A stretch of 64,000 bases of DNA, taken from NCBI GenBank assembly GCA_963664815.2, contig CAXXHB010000003.1, positions 3,968,001 through 4,032,000 of the forward strand. Direction: 5' to 3'. The translations under genes were made by a program, and so were the position numbers. Positions 20,100 to 30,461 of the stretch are shown here, one piece after another. Origin of the DNA: Spirochaetota bacterium (GTDB lineage Bacteria; Spirochaetota; UBA4802; UBA5550). Every line of letters starts with the position of its first letter. Within the stretch, counting starts at the first letter, position 1. Under the pieces are notes generated by a model that was not told where the DNA came from, did not search any database, and worked only from the letters and a program-made list of their open reading frames with translations.

Positions 20100-20397
20100 A
20101 TAAGCCTCCCTCAAAATTTATATCTATTTTCCAGGTGGACGGGATCTCCCTGGAACAGATACAATCACCTGATAACGCGGCAATCACACCGTTAATCCCA
20201 TCCACCATAAAATTTAAACTGATAGTAATCTGGATTATTAAACTTTTTTCTATTTTTTATTTATAAATTTCGGCGAAAATAGATTCAATAATACACATAC
20301 TACTAAAGAATTTTTAGAAATCATGCCCGAATATGTCAATAAATTTTGTTTTTTTTACTTAATTATACAGTAAAAAATGTCAAAGTATGACTTTATG

Positions 20398-22239
20398 TCA
20401 TAAATTATACCTGAATGAGATTACACTGTCATCAATTGAAATAATGGGTTTTATCCTCCCGTTTTTCAGCACTTTTATCATTTTACTATTCTCAAAAAAA
20501 ACCCTGGCACAGAGGTTTTTTATCCCCCTCTCTTTTGCAATACCGAGAAGGTATTCAAGAAGAAAACCCGATATCCCTCTCCCCTGGTACATTTCATTTA
20601 CAATAAATGCCAGTTCATATACCTTTTCAGCCTCATAATATGAGTACCTGGCCTCGGCAATAATTTTCTGAATGCTCTCCGTTTCCAGAACGACAACAAT
20701 GGAAAGTGTTTTATCATAATCAATATTTACATATCTCTGCATATTTCTATGTGGCATTGAACTTACACGGGAAAAATATCGCAGGTATTTTGCTTCATCG
20801 GAAAACTGGTAGAATAGATCGCGCATCATATCTTCATCTGAGGGCTTAATAGGCCTTATCTTTACATCCAGACTATCCCTGAAAACTTTTGCTGTTTCAA
20901 GGGATTCCGGATAGTTTACCGAATTTTCCCTGCTGAAAATCTGGTCCCTGTAGGCATACCCTATCTTTTTCGCCTTTTCCAGGAGATCCTCCCTGTGATC
21001 AGGATGGGCAATTCCTATCATTGCCAGCACTCTCTCCCTTATCGACCGTCCGAAGAGATTTGCAATACCGTACTCGGTTACAACATATCGTGCAATACCA
21101 AGAGTTCCACGCGCCATATCCTCTTCATTTTCATGAGTCACAACGATGTTGCTTTTTCCGTCTTTATCAACTGAATTAAGCACAATTATGGATTTCCCGT
21201 TTTTGGAAAAGGCAGCCCCTGCAAAAAAATTCAGTTTGCTCTCGTAACCGGAAAGGAGGTTGTCTCCCGAATAAAAAATAATAAGCTCACCTGTTACATC
21301 AATCCTCTTCACATTCAGGATGCTGATAAGATTACTGATTTTTCGTATGTTAAGCGGATTGGCGAGCTCAGTAATGGGATGAAATTCGAAGATATGGTTG
21401 TAGGAAATAAAATCATAAAGTTTTCTGCTGCCGTAGCAATAGCTTGTTGTAACCTGTCCCCCCTTTACCCTGTCTCTCTCTGCTGATATCGCGCCACATT
21501 CAAGAAGATCAATTACCCAGTCTGAAACCACATTGGTATATATCCCCAGATCCCTCTTGTTCTTAAGGTTATCAGCAATTGCATCATAAATTCTCCCCAC
21601 ATGCAGGACAACCGTTGATCCGTCATCAATCAGATTTGAGACATGAAATCCAATCTTCCCCATAGCCTGATCGTAGGTTTTTTTCTCTCTTTCCGGAATC
21701 GGGATGTCGCTTGTTATTATACAATTAACCTGGTCGGTGTGAATAAAAGTATCGCCGTATGTTACCGGCATTGCGTGATTAACTTCCGCCACAACAAGTT
21801 TTGCCTGTTTGATTACTATTTTTGCAATATCGGAAGATATTCCAAGACTCATAAATCCCTTGCTATCCGGCGGTGAAACTGTTACCACAGCCGCGTCAAT
21901 TCTCTGTGATTTCCCTGAAAATATAACCGGAATATCCATCAGGTTGGAGGGGATAAAGTCAACCTCCCCGGAATGAATTCTTTTAATAATACTTTCACCT
22001 GTACTGAACGTTTTGAGTCTGTACCTTGTTTTGCTTTTTTCATCCGTATTAAGGAAATCGCCAAGCGTGTTAAGCTGAATAAGCTCCAGATCAAGAATAT
22101 TAGGATTGACTGAAGCGGTCAATTCAGATACAAAAAGCCTCGGAATGGAAGCCGCGCTGCTTAAAAATATCTTGCTGCCGGGCCTGATCATCCCTATGAC
22201 TTTTTTTACTGAAGTATATTTTTCCGCATCATTTACCAT
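20398..22239 (-). CDS. Acetyl-CoA hydrolase/CoA-transferase fused to a GNAT acetyltransferase
   Basis: YVVTEYGIANL, IAHPDHRE; C-terminal GNAT with YQGRGI. Confidence 0.85.
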   Translation of the reverse strand: MVNDAEKYTSVKKVIGMIRPGSKIFLSSAASIPRLFVSELTASVNPNILDLELIQLNTLGDFLNTDEKSKTRYRLKTFSTGESIIKRIHSGEVDFIPSNLMDIPVIFSGKSQRIDAAVVTVSPPDSKGFMSLGISSDIAKIVIKQAKLVVAEVNHAMPVTYGDTFIHTDQVNCIITSDIPIPEREKKTYDQAMGKIGFHVSNLIDDGSTVVLHVGRIYDAIADNLKNKRDLGIYTNVVSDWVIDLLECGAISAERDRVKGGQVTTSYCYGSRKLYDFISYNHIFEFHPITELANPLNIRKISNLISILNVKRIDVTGELIIFYSGDNLLSGYESKLNFFAGAAFSKNGKSIIVLNSVDKDGKSNIVVTHENEEDMARGTLGIARYVVTEYGIANLFGRSIRERVLAMIGIAHPDHREDLLEKAKKIGYAYRDQIFSRENSVNYPESLETAKVFRDSLDVKIRPIKPSDEDMMRDLFYQFSDEAKYLRYFSRVSSMPHRNMQRYVNIDYDKTLSIVVVLETESIQKIIAEARYSYYEAEKVYELAFIVNEMYQGRGISGFLLEYLLGIAKERGIKNLCARVFFENSKMIKVLKNGRIKPIISIDDSVISFRYNL

Positions 22240-22251
22240 TTACGCCTGCCG

Positions 22252-23940
22252 CTATTTTCTCCTGGCCTCCTCTTCCTTTTTAAGCTCCTTCTTCAGAATC
22301 TTTCCTACAGTGCTTTCAGGGAGCGATGACCTGATTTCAATAAGCGAAGGCCACTTATATTTTGCAAGCTTTTCACGGCAATAGTTCATAACTTCTTCCG
22401 GATCTAAAGTCATTCCCTCATTGGGTACAACGAATATTTTTATCTGCTCCCCCCGTTTTTCATCGGGAAGACCAATCGCTGCGGCTTTCTGAATTCCGGG
22501 ATGTTCATATAACACCTCCTCAATCTCTCTCGGGTATACATTATATCCGCCTGATATTATAAGATCCTTCTTCCTATCAACTATGAAGAAATATCCATCC
22601 TTATCCATATATGCAATATCACCCGAATAGAGCCAGCCGTTACGTATGGCCTGCGCGGTTTCCTCCGGTTTATTCAGGTAACCCCTGGTAACCTGCGGTC
22701 CTCTGAACAGCATCTCTCCCTCTTCCCCGGCCGGCATGGATTTCTCCCCCGTGGCCAGATCGACAATTTTAACATCAGTATCAGGATACGGAAGCCCTAT
22801 ACTCCCCGCCTTGTGGAGCCCCCCAAAGGGATTAAGGTGAGTCTGCGGCGAAGTCTCTGTCATTCCGAAACCTTCATTAATATCCGCACCGGTAAGCTCC
22901 TTGAACTTCTTCAACACTTCAACAGGCAGTGATGAACCGCCGGAGGAGAGCACCTTGTAGCAGCTCATATCGGTTTTTTTAAGGTCGGGATGCTGAAGCA
23001 TTCCGACATACATGGTGGGTACCATTGAGCACACAGTAGGCCTGTATTTTCGTGTTGCAGCAAGAAGATCAGGCGGCTGGGGTTTGGGTATCATTACTGC
23101 AGTCCATCCCATTATTACCGGAAGATTCATCGCTGCACTCATTCCAAGAACATGAAATATCGGCGCTGCGGAAATAAGAACCTCGTCACCGGGTTTCAGA
23201 TTGGGAAACCATGCAACGTACATCTGAACCATGCTGCAAAGGTTTCTGTGAGAGAGGATAGCTCCCTTAGACTGCCCTGTAGTACCGCCGGTATACTGAT
23301 AGACCGCCACATCATCAAATGAAACTCCGACCTTCGGGACAGTGCCGGATTTTTTTATAGCCTCATTCCACGAAAAAACATTTTCAGCAACAGTAACATC
23401 TGCCGCCATCCCTTTCTTTTTTGCTACAAGTTTAAACAGCACCTTCTTTACGGCCGGAAGATAATCCCCTATTGAAGTATATACTATTTCTTTTATCTTT
23501 GTATCTTTTCTCAGCGCTATCATCCTGTTCGCAAGAAGATCAAGTGTAACCAGCATCTTCGCACCGGAGTCGTTAAACTGGTATGAAAGTTCCCGGTCAG
23601 TATAAAGCGGATTGTTCATCTGAGCAATGGCGCCCAGCTTCAAAACGGCATAGTACGCAGCCACTGTCTGTATCATATTAGGGAGCAATATGGCAACAAC
23701 GTCTCCTTTTTTTATACCTTTTGATGAAAAAAAGAACGCCAGTCTGTCAACCATGTTAGCCAGTTCAACATATTTAATCCGGAATCCCTGGAATATCAGT
23801 GCATCCCGGTTTCCGTATCTTGAAACTGTCCTGTCGAGAACATCGTGCAGACATATCTCCTCATAGTCGATACTTGCAGGTATTCCTTCAGGATAGAATT
23901 TAAGCCATGGTTTTTCCGAATAAATGTCTTTCTCCTCCAT
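22252..23940 (-). CDS. Long-chain fatty-acid--CoA ligase
   Basis: YTGGTTGQSKG, EGFGMTE, SGDIA, DRKKD, VGKILK; start moved to ATG 23940 after GGGGG RBS. Confidence 0.92.
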   Translation of the reverse strand: MEEKDIYSEKPWLKFYPEGIPASIDYEEICLHDVLDRTVSRYGNRDALIFQGFRIKYVELANMVDRLAFFFSSKGIKKGDVVAILLPNMIQTVAAYYAVLKLGAIAQMNNPLYTDRELSYQFNDSGAKMLVTLDLLANRMIALRKDTKIKEIVYTSIGDYLPAVKKVLFKLVAKKKGMAADVTVAENVFSWNEAIKKSGTVPKVGVSFDDVAVYQYTGGTTGQSKGAILSHRNLCSMVQMYVAWFPNLKPGDEVLISAAPIFHVLGMSAAMNLPVIMGWTAVMIPKPQPPDLLAATRKYRPTVCSMVPTMYVGMLQHPDLKKTDMSCYKVLSSGGSSLPVEVLKKFKELTGADINEGFGMTETSPQTHLNPFGGLHKAGSIGLPYPDTDVKIVDLATGEKSMPAGEEGEMLFRGPQVTRGYLNKPEETAQAIRNGWLYSGDIAYMDKDGYFFIVDRKKDLIISGGYNVYPREIEEVLYEHPGIQKAAAIGLPDEKRGEQIKIFVVPNEGMTLDPEEVMNYCREKLAKYKWPSLIEIRSSLPESTVGKILKKELKKEEEARRK

Positions 23941-24433
23941 ATTTCCCCCTTTATTATTTAACACATGCGGTAAACAGCGGTTTAATTGTTCCGGAAACAC
24001 TCTCCGGAGAAACATCAGACAGGGGAGAACAATCACCTGCCTCAGCATCTGTTATAAATTAAATTACTTTAAGACAGAACTTTTACGAAAGTCAAATTAT
24101 TTATATATATTATTAATATAAATAAGATTATCTATGTAATATCATATTCAGTCTTTAATAATTATTACTATTTATTACCAATAATACGCTCATACATCAT
24201 TTTTCTTAGATATAACCACATATTATTAGTGTAATTATCATTCCTCAATATACATTCAACACCTGCGTAAATAATAAATTTTTACTTGCACCGGTTATTA
24301 CAGACAGCAATACTGCCGGCAATATCATGCCAGGTTTTTTTCGAATGGAATAATTTGCCGCACTGACATGTTATCCGGCAGCATAGTGCAGCATGATAAA
24401 AATTTAAGGGTCAGAAATCAGCGGTTAAGCCAA

Positions 24434-25360
24434 ATGACAGATTATAAGAATGAGAATAAAATTACAGCAGGTCATCCCTTTGGACTGTTTAATATCGAAC
24501 TGACAAACCGCTGCCCGATGAAATGCATCATGTGTCCGAGAACTCAGCATATGACACGTGATCAGGGATTTATGGACATGGGACTTTTTAAAAAAGTAAT
24601 TGATGAACTTGCGGCGGTTAACCCGTCATTCCATAATAACCGTGTAGTATGGCTGCACCATTTCGGCGAGAGTCTTCTTCATCCGCAATTTGATGCCTTC
24701 ATCCATTACGCCTCAGATAAAGGCATACGCACGGGACTTTCTGTAAACCCGATGATGCTTGAAGAGAAAACGACTGAACGGCTTATCTCCTCCGGCCTCC
24801 ACATCCTCTACCTTTCGCTTGACGGTCATGATGACGAATCCTTTTTAAAAATCCGCGGATTAAAGAATATGTACGACTCCTCCCGTAAAAAGCTTTTAGA
24901 ATTTCTTTCTTTCAAAAAGGAAAATCCGTGCGAAATGAAGATTATTCTTTCAATGATAGACTTCTCACTTAACAGCGAAAGCATAACTGCTGTTAAAAAC
25001 GAATGGGAATCGCTCGACGGGATAGACTCCTTCCTGATGAAAAATTTCACCACATGGGATGGCGCAGTAAAGGATATATGTGACCTCGCCCCCGAAACAT
25101 CCGCCGGTGATACACTCAATTACTCAGAAACGACCTGCATGTTCCCATGGGAAAACATGACAGTAACATGGGACGGTGATGTAGTGCCGTGCTGTTTTGA
25201 TTACAATAAAAAACTTGTTCTTGGCAGCGTACTGGAGCATTCCCTGGCTTACATATGGAACGACATACCGATGCGTAAACTGCGGCAGGAATTTATCAGC
25301 AATAACATAACCAACCCGCTCTGCATAAACTGCGGGAAACTCCGTGAATACGGCAGATGA
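24434..25360 (+). CDS. Radical SAM protein with SPASM/twitch domain
   Basis: CPMKCIMC motif; C-terminal CMFPW...GDVVPCC...CINC; start uncertain (24368 or 24434). Confidence 0.88.
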   Translation: MTDYKNENKITAGHPFGLFNIELTNRCPMKCIMCPRTQHMTRDQGFMDMGLFKKVIDELAAVNPSFHNNRVVWLHHFGESLLHPQFDAFIHYASDKGIRTGLSVNPMMLEEKTTERLISSGLHILYLSLDGHDDESFLKIRGLKNMYDSSRKKLLEFLSFKKENPCEMKIILSMIDFSLNSESITAVKNEWESLDGIDSFLMKNFTTWDGAVKDICDLAPETSAGDTLNYSETTCMFPWENMTVTWDGDVVPCCFDYNKKLVLGSVLEHSLAYIWNDIPMRKLRQEFISNNITNPLCINCGKLREYGR

Positions 25361-25589
25361 GGTCAGTTAGCGCAACAGGAAAGCAGCAATACAGCATTGA
25401 ACCCAGAGTTTAATAGCCTTGAAATCCCCTGGCCTGTCGGCCATACCCCTTGATAAAGTTGGTTTTTAAAACATAAAAAATTTTTAAAAATTCTGCTTGC
25501 CCCATGTCATTTGCTTTTCCGGACTGGTTATATAGAGGCATAAGCCTTAATATAACAATAAAAAAATAATAAATAAAGAGCGTAAATCT

Positions 25590-26129
25590 ATGGCAAAAGT
25601 AAAGCTTCATCCCTATTTAAGAACTGCCCATGGAGGCCTGGATGGTCTTGTGCTTTACAGGCGATATGGAAAGATCTACATTAAAAAACGCACAATACCC
25701 AGAAATCCCCGCACAGAGCCACAGGTTAAATGCAGGGGTAATTTCGGCAGCAGTGTTAAAGCGTGGCAGAACCTTCCGGAAGAGGAGAAGGCTATTTACA
25801 GAGTGAGGGCAAAGAGGAAGAAAAAAGCAGGGTACAACCTCTTTATGTCTGAATACCTTCGCGGAATTGCACCAGGTTCACCTGTATCTCCATCGGGAAG
25901 CAGTGTAACAGAAGATGCAGTGGTTGCATCAGCTCCCTCTGACATTACTTATTATACAATCTCATGTCCTGAAAACAACAAAACAGGATATAAAAAAGAC
26001 GATACAAATACAGTAAAAGAGGGAGGCTTATCTGCCAAAACGGTGCTTCAGCAGTATGAAGACCCTGTTAAAAACCGTTTCAATACCGTTTCAACTCCGT
26101 TACTGACAGAAAAAAGCACGCATTTATAA
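25590..26129 (+). CDS. Basic hypothetical protein, possible DNA-binding protein (HMG-box-like segment)
   Basis: G-L-D-G-L-V-L-Y...NPRTEPQ...AWQNLPEEEKAIY; low-complexity tail. Confidence 0.6.
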   Translation: MAKVKLHPYLRTAHGGLDGLVLYRRYGKIYIKKRTIPRNPRTEPQVKCRGNFGSSVKAWQNLPEEEKAIYRVRAKRKKKAGYNLFMSEYLRGIAPGSPVSPSGSSVTEDAVVASAPSDITYYTISCPENNKTGYKKDDTNTVKEGGLSAKTVLQQYEDPVKNRFNTVSTPLLTEKSTHL

Positions 26130-26499
26130 CTGTCGGTAAGGTGTTTGAGGCGTAATTGAAGCGAAATTGAATACTCTGTAAACAGATTGTGATATTTGTC
26201 ATAAATCTGTCTAAGTATAACATCCGAACTACTTGATGCACGATGCAGGAATCTTCGTGGGCAGGAAGAGTATTGCACAGCCAGGAATCAGGATGAGTTT
26301 ATGCATGATGATACTGTGCATAAATCTTTCGCAGGTTCGCAACGCGTTACGAAACCACAGAGGATTATGGTGTGCGACGTGCATAATGGAACAGATTGAA
26401 TCCGATTCTGTAATCGTGTTCAGATATTTTCTTCATTTATCGGGAATAAATTCACACAGGGAATAAATACATCCATGCTTTTCGCAGGTAGGTTTATAG

Positions 26500-26895
26500 C
26501 TATAAAATCTGCGAATATAAATCACATAACATGTACGTTGATAAAACAGCCAGTATACTCAAAGATTTAATCCTCAGGAGCATCTCCTCCCCCCTTTTCC
26601 GTGCATAATCTGTTACATCATCATAGTAACTTCTGAACTCATCAACAAAAGCCTTTCCGAAGTCCGTCAGCTTAAATCCCTCTTTATTATTTTCTTTATA
26701 AATGAGTGGCTTTCCGATTACCTCTTCAGTCTTTTTTATTTTACCCCATGCGCCCCTGTAAGAGATACCCATTTTTTCAGAAGCAAGCTTCAGTGAACCG
26801 AGTTCATCGATGAGCATCAGAAGTTCATACCTGCCATGTCCAAAATATACAGCTTTGTCCTTTTCAAACCATAGATGTACTTTTACTACAGGCAT
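26500..26895 (-). CDS. ModE N-terminal-type winged-helix regulator
   Basis: FGHGRYELL...GSLKLASEKMGISYRGAWGKIK. Confidence 0.85.
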   Translation of the reverse strand: MPVVKVHLWFEKDKAVYFGHGRYELLMLIDELGSLKLASEKMGISYRGAWGKIKKTEEVIGKPLIYKENNKEGFKLTDFGKAFVDEFRSYYDDVTDYARKRGEEMLLRIKSLSILAVLSTYMLCDLYSQIL

Positions 26896-26933
26896 ATTAT
26901 AAACTCCTTATTTACGTATTTTATTAACATAAA

Positions 26934-27479
26934 CTATTTACGGCCATAAGATGCTGCAACGAGTATTCCCGCTAAAAATCCGCAGAGATGGCTTTCCCAG
27001 GACATGGATGAATTTACCGGCAGAACTCCAAAAATCATACCGCAATATAAAAAGAACACGACAAGAGAGATAATCAGCGATTTGATATCTCTTTTAAAAA
27101 GACCACGCGTAATGAGATATCCCAGAATCCCATAGATAACTCCACTGGCGCCGATATGGACAGAGTTGGATCTTCCGATAAGCCATGTACCTGCGCCACC
27201 GAGAATTATCAGAGTAACAATAATCCAGAATGTTCTTTCATGTTCAAGTGCAATTAAAAATAAACCAAGGATAAAAAGACTCACTGAATTCGCGGCAAGA
27301 TGAGAAAAATCCTGATGAAGCAGTGGAGCAAGCAGAATACCGGGAAGACCGGAAACCTCTCGCGGTATAATTCCATACTGATTGATATTAACAAAATAAC
27401 TCAGTATATGTATAATCCATAAGAAAGCAATAATGTAGAGCAGATTTTTAATCGGTTTTATAAATTTTTCCTTTTCCAT
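26934..27479 (-). CDS. Rhomboid intramembrane serine protease
   Basis: HLAANS, HIGASG, SWESHLCG. Confidence 0.9.
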   Translation of the reverse strand: MEKEKFIKPIKNLLYIIAFLWIIHILSYFVNINQYGIIPREVSGLPGILLAPLLHQDFSHLAANSVSLFILGLFLIALEHERTFWIIVTLIILGGAGTWLIGRSNSVHIGASGVIYGILGYLITRGLFKRDIKSLIISLVVFFLYCGMIFGVLPVNSSMSWESHLCGFLAGILVAASYGRK

Positions 27480-27754
27480 GGTGATATAGAAGATATTATT
27501 TATACTGCAATGTCAATTAAATTATCATGATATTAAAGCAAGCCCTCACTGAAATGAGATCAGAGCTTGGCAAATGAAGACTATTCAAGACTTATACAGC
27601 TCTATTTCATGGCCACGAATTTCCGACACGAAGGACAGGCTAAAATTTTATTCATCACAAACTGATATTCATACTATGCCGGATTAAAAAAATGTAGAAA
27701 AATTTCCACAGAAGAATTATTATTGTAATATGATTTACAACTATGGAGGATTCC

Positions 27755-29245
27755 ATGAAGGCATTTACCCGGTTTCTTTTTTCATTACTCCTTATAACAA
27801 TTCTGCAGATTGCACTCCAGGCTGAAAATTATAAAATTGTAGTTCTCCCATTTGATAAACTTAACAAAGAAAAAAATGCTGAACTTGAAACTCTGACTGT
27901 AGGAATCAGTGAAACTCTTGCCGGCGCCCTGTCAACCGTTGATAATTTTGTTGTAATTGATTCAAACAGGGTAAAGAGACACCTCCTTGAAAGCGCCGAA
28001 TTCAAGCAGGCTATCGGGGTTGAAACCGGAGACATTGAAAATCTGCGCGAACTGACAAAAGACAAACTTAATGCAGACTTTATAGTTTACGGATCATTCA
28101 ACAAAATCGGCGGCAATATTCAGCTCTCCGCCAAATTCATGAATATCTCTTCCGGAGAGGTAATCAAGGGATCAAATGTACACGGGAAATATCCCGATGA
28201 AATATTCATCCTGCAGGAACGGCTGGCAAAGGATCTCACGGACAAGATTTCCGGAAAGTCATCATCACAGCAGAAAAACAGCATCGAGGAATACTCCAAT
28301 TCTACAAACAACTTCACCGCTTACCAGTACTATATTAAGGGGAGAATGGAACAGATTCAGTACGATGTAAAGAACTATCCTCTCGCACTGGAATACTACA
28401 ACAAGGCGCTCAAATATGATCCGAATTATGCACTGGCCTGGGCCGGCCTTGCAGAGGTAAACGCCCTCTGGGGTTTTCAGATACAATATGCAAAGGGTAA
28501 TTCCGCCCCCTATCTTAAAACCGCGATAGAACAGGGGAAAAAAGCCGTTGAATTCGCTTCCAACCTTTACCAGACCCACAGGGCTCTAAGCATGGCATAC
28601 CTGAACAATTCAGACTTCACCAGCGCACAGAATTCAATCGACCAGGCATACAGGCTTAATACCCAGGATGCGGAGATCATGCAGATAAAAGCACAGCTCA
28701 AAAATTACGCATATAAAGAAATGGGAACTGAAGGAACTGAATCAAACAGGTATATAATGGAATCTCTGGCATTGAATCCTGAACTGATAATAGCCAAATG
28801 GTCACTGGCCCATTCATATTCTACAATCAGTAAAAACGACCTCGCACTGAAAGAGTACATGGAAATCCTGGCTATAAATCCCAGACACGCACCGGCGCTT
28901 CATGGCATAGCCCTGATATACTACGCTATAAAGGATTATGAAAATGCCCAACACTACGCTTTGAAAACTGTTGAAGCTGATCCGATGACCGCACAGCATC
29001 ATTACACCCTGGGTCTTTCATATTATCAGCTGAAAAAGTGGGATGTCGCCATTACATCTTTTGAAAAAGCGGTTAAACTAAATCCTGTATATGAAGACGC
29101 AATTTACAGTATTGCCAACTGTTACTGGTTTCAGAATAAATGGGACAGGGCTTATAAATATTACAATAAAGTGCTGGAGATCAATCCGGGAAACAGTGAA
29201 GCGGCAAAATTCAGAGACGACTCTTACAGTAAGATGAGGAAGTAA
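27755..29245 (+). CDS. Exported protein: FlgO/CsgG/TolB-N-like domain plus TPR repeats
   Basis: Signal peptide, IVVLPF...ADFIVYGSF...IQLSAKF, many TPRs; GGAGG RBS. Confidence 0.8.
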   Translation: MKAFTRFLFSLLLITILQIALQAENYKIVVLPFDKLNKEKNAELETLTVGISETLAGALSTVDNFVVIDSNRVKRHLLESAEFKQAIGVETGDIENLRELTKDKLNADFIVYGSFNKIGGNIQLSAKFMNISSGEVIKGSNVHGKYPDEIFILQERLAKDLTDKISGKSSSQQKNSIEEYSNSTNNFTAYQYYIKGRMEQIQYDVKNYPLALEYYNKALKYDPNYALAWAGLAEVNALWGFQIQYAKGNSAPYLKTAIEQGKKAVEFASNLYQTHRALSMAYLNNSDFTSAQNSIDQAYRLNTQDAEIMQIKAQLKNYAYKEMGTEGTESNRYIMESLALNPELIIAKWSLAHSYSTISKNDLALKEYMEILAINPRHAPALHGIALIYYAIKDYENAQHYALKTVEADPMTAQHHYTLGLSYYQLKKWDVAITSFEKAVKLNPVYEDAIYSIANCYWFQNKWDRAYKYYNKVLEINPGNSEAAKFRDDSYSKMRK

Positions 29246-29250
29246 AAGCG

Positions 29251-30081
29251 CTACTTCAGCTCTCCATATTCCTTTTTAAGGGAGCTGAACTTTTCAGCAT
29301 ATATATCATATATCTCTGATGTCGTCAGGAATCTTTTTTTACCGTCAAATATCCTGAACTGACGATTTGTCTTTTTCTTTTTCATCAGCAGATATACGGC
29401 CTCAAGAATTCCTGCCGATTTGCAGGAGTATTCAACTATGCTTTTATATGTATAGCTACCATGACCATAACCGGAGAGACCCCTCTTTTCAATCTCTTCA
29501 GCGTCCGGCGGAAATTCACCGGTCGAAATCCTCACCTCTTTAAAAAAATCGAGAAGAAAATAAAACGTCGGCTTCATACCGTTCAGTATCTCTTCAGATA
29601 CCTGAAAAAATGTCTCCAGCTTATCAAGCTCCTGTTCACTCCCTTTTAAAAACTGGTCACTTACCTGGTTTACATTACTGAGTTTATTTATAAAAGAAGT
29701 ATCATCTGAAAAATATTTTTTCATAGTTTCAGCGTAGTAATTCATAAGAATAAAATGATTCTGATACGATTTATTCCTGTGTATAAAATTTTTCCACACA
29801 CTGCCAAGCCACTTAAGTACATCCTGTGTAAGGAAAAGGTCGTTTTTAGTTTTTAGATTATAAATGATGTTCGAAAAGAAAAAAAGAATATAATTGCTCC
29901 TTGCGGCTTTAAAATAGTATTCACACTGACTGAGGCTGCCGGGATCATTCATAATACCATCAATACTCTTCAAAGCACCATCCAGTCTTTCAACAGGGCA
30001 TGGTTCATATCTCAGGCATTTAAGCAGAATATCTCCAATTTCTTTTAAAGCCTGGTCAACCTTCAGATTTTCATCATGCAT
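29251..30081 (-). CDS. Hypothetical protein
   Basis: 276-aa ORF, helical, no motif recognised. Confidence 0.65.
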   Translation of the reverse strand: MHDENLKVDQALKEIGDILLKCLRYEPCPVERLDGALKSIDGIMNDPGSLSQCEYYFKAARSNYILFFFSNIIYNLKTKNDLFLTQDVLKWLGSVWKNFIHRNKSYQNHFILMNYYAETMKKYFSDDTSFINKLSNVNQVSDQFLKGSEQELDKLETFFQVSEEILNGMKPTFYFLLDFFKEVRISTGEFPPDAEEIEKRGLSGYGHGSYTYKSIVEYSCKSAGILEAVYLLMKKKKTNRQFRIFDGKKRFLTTSEIYDIYAEKFSSLKKEYGELK

Positions 30082-30461
30082 TGATTATTCCGCCCCTGAT
30101 TCTATTGACAGTAAAAACCGTATTATAATTATACAGATTATAAATATTTTCCTAATTATTCAACCTTTTTATTTTTAAATTGCCGGTGAAGTATTCCGGA
30201 AATCTGATCCGGGTTAAATCCCGGTATAGTACTATTAATTGATAGTTTTAAAATAATAATCCATATTCCTTTCATTTTCCATTCTTTTATAAAAAACATG
30301 AATATTAATGTTGTCTATAAATTAACGTTTTTTAAAAAAAAGATTGCTTTTATTTTTTTAATATTTAGCATAAAAAATCGGACACATTTACCAGCATTAT
30401 TAAACAATAACCTGATGTTTATAGAGTCTTACGAAACATCGCCACATCAAGGAGATCTTCG

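Noticed and set aside
26048-26466. Two short ORFs between the basic protein and the ModE-like gene
   Set aside because: No recognisable motifs or convincing RBS; likely non-coding
27600-27640. cacgaa...cacgaa short repeat resembling small intergenic repeat families
   Set aside because: Too short and degenerate, and seen only once
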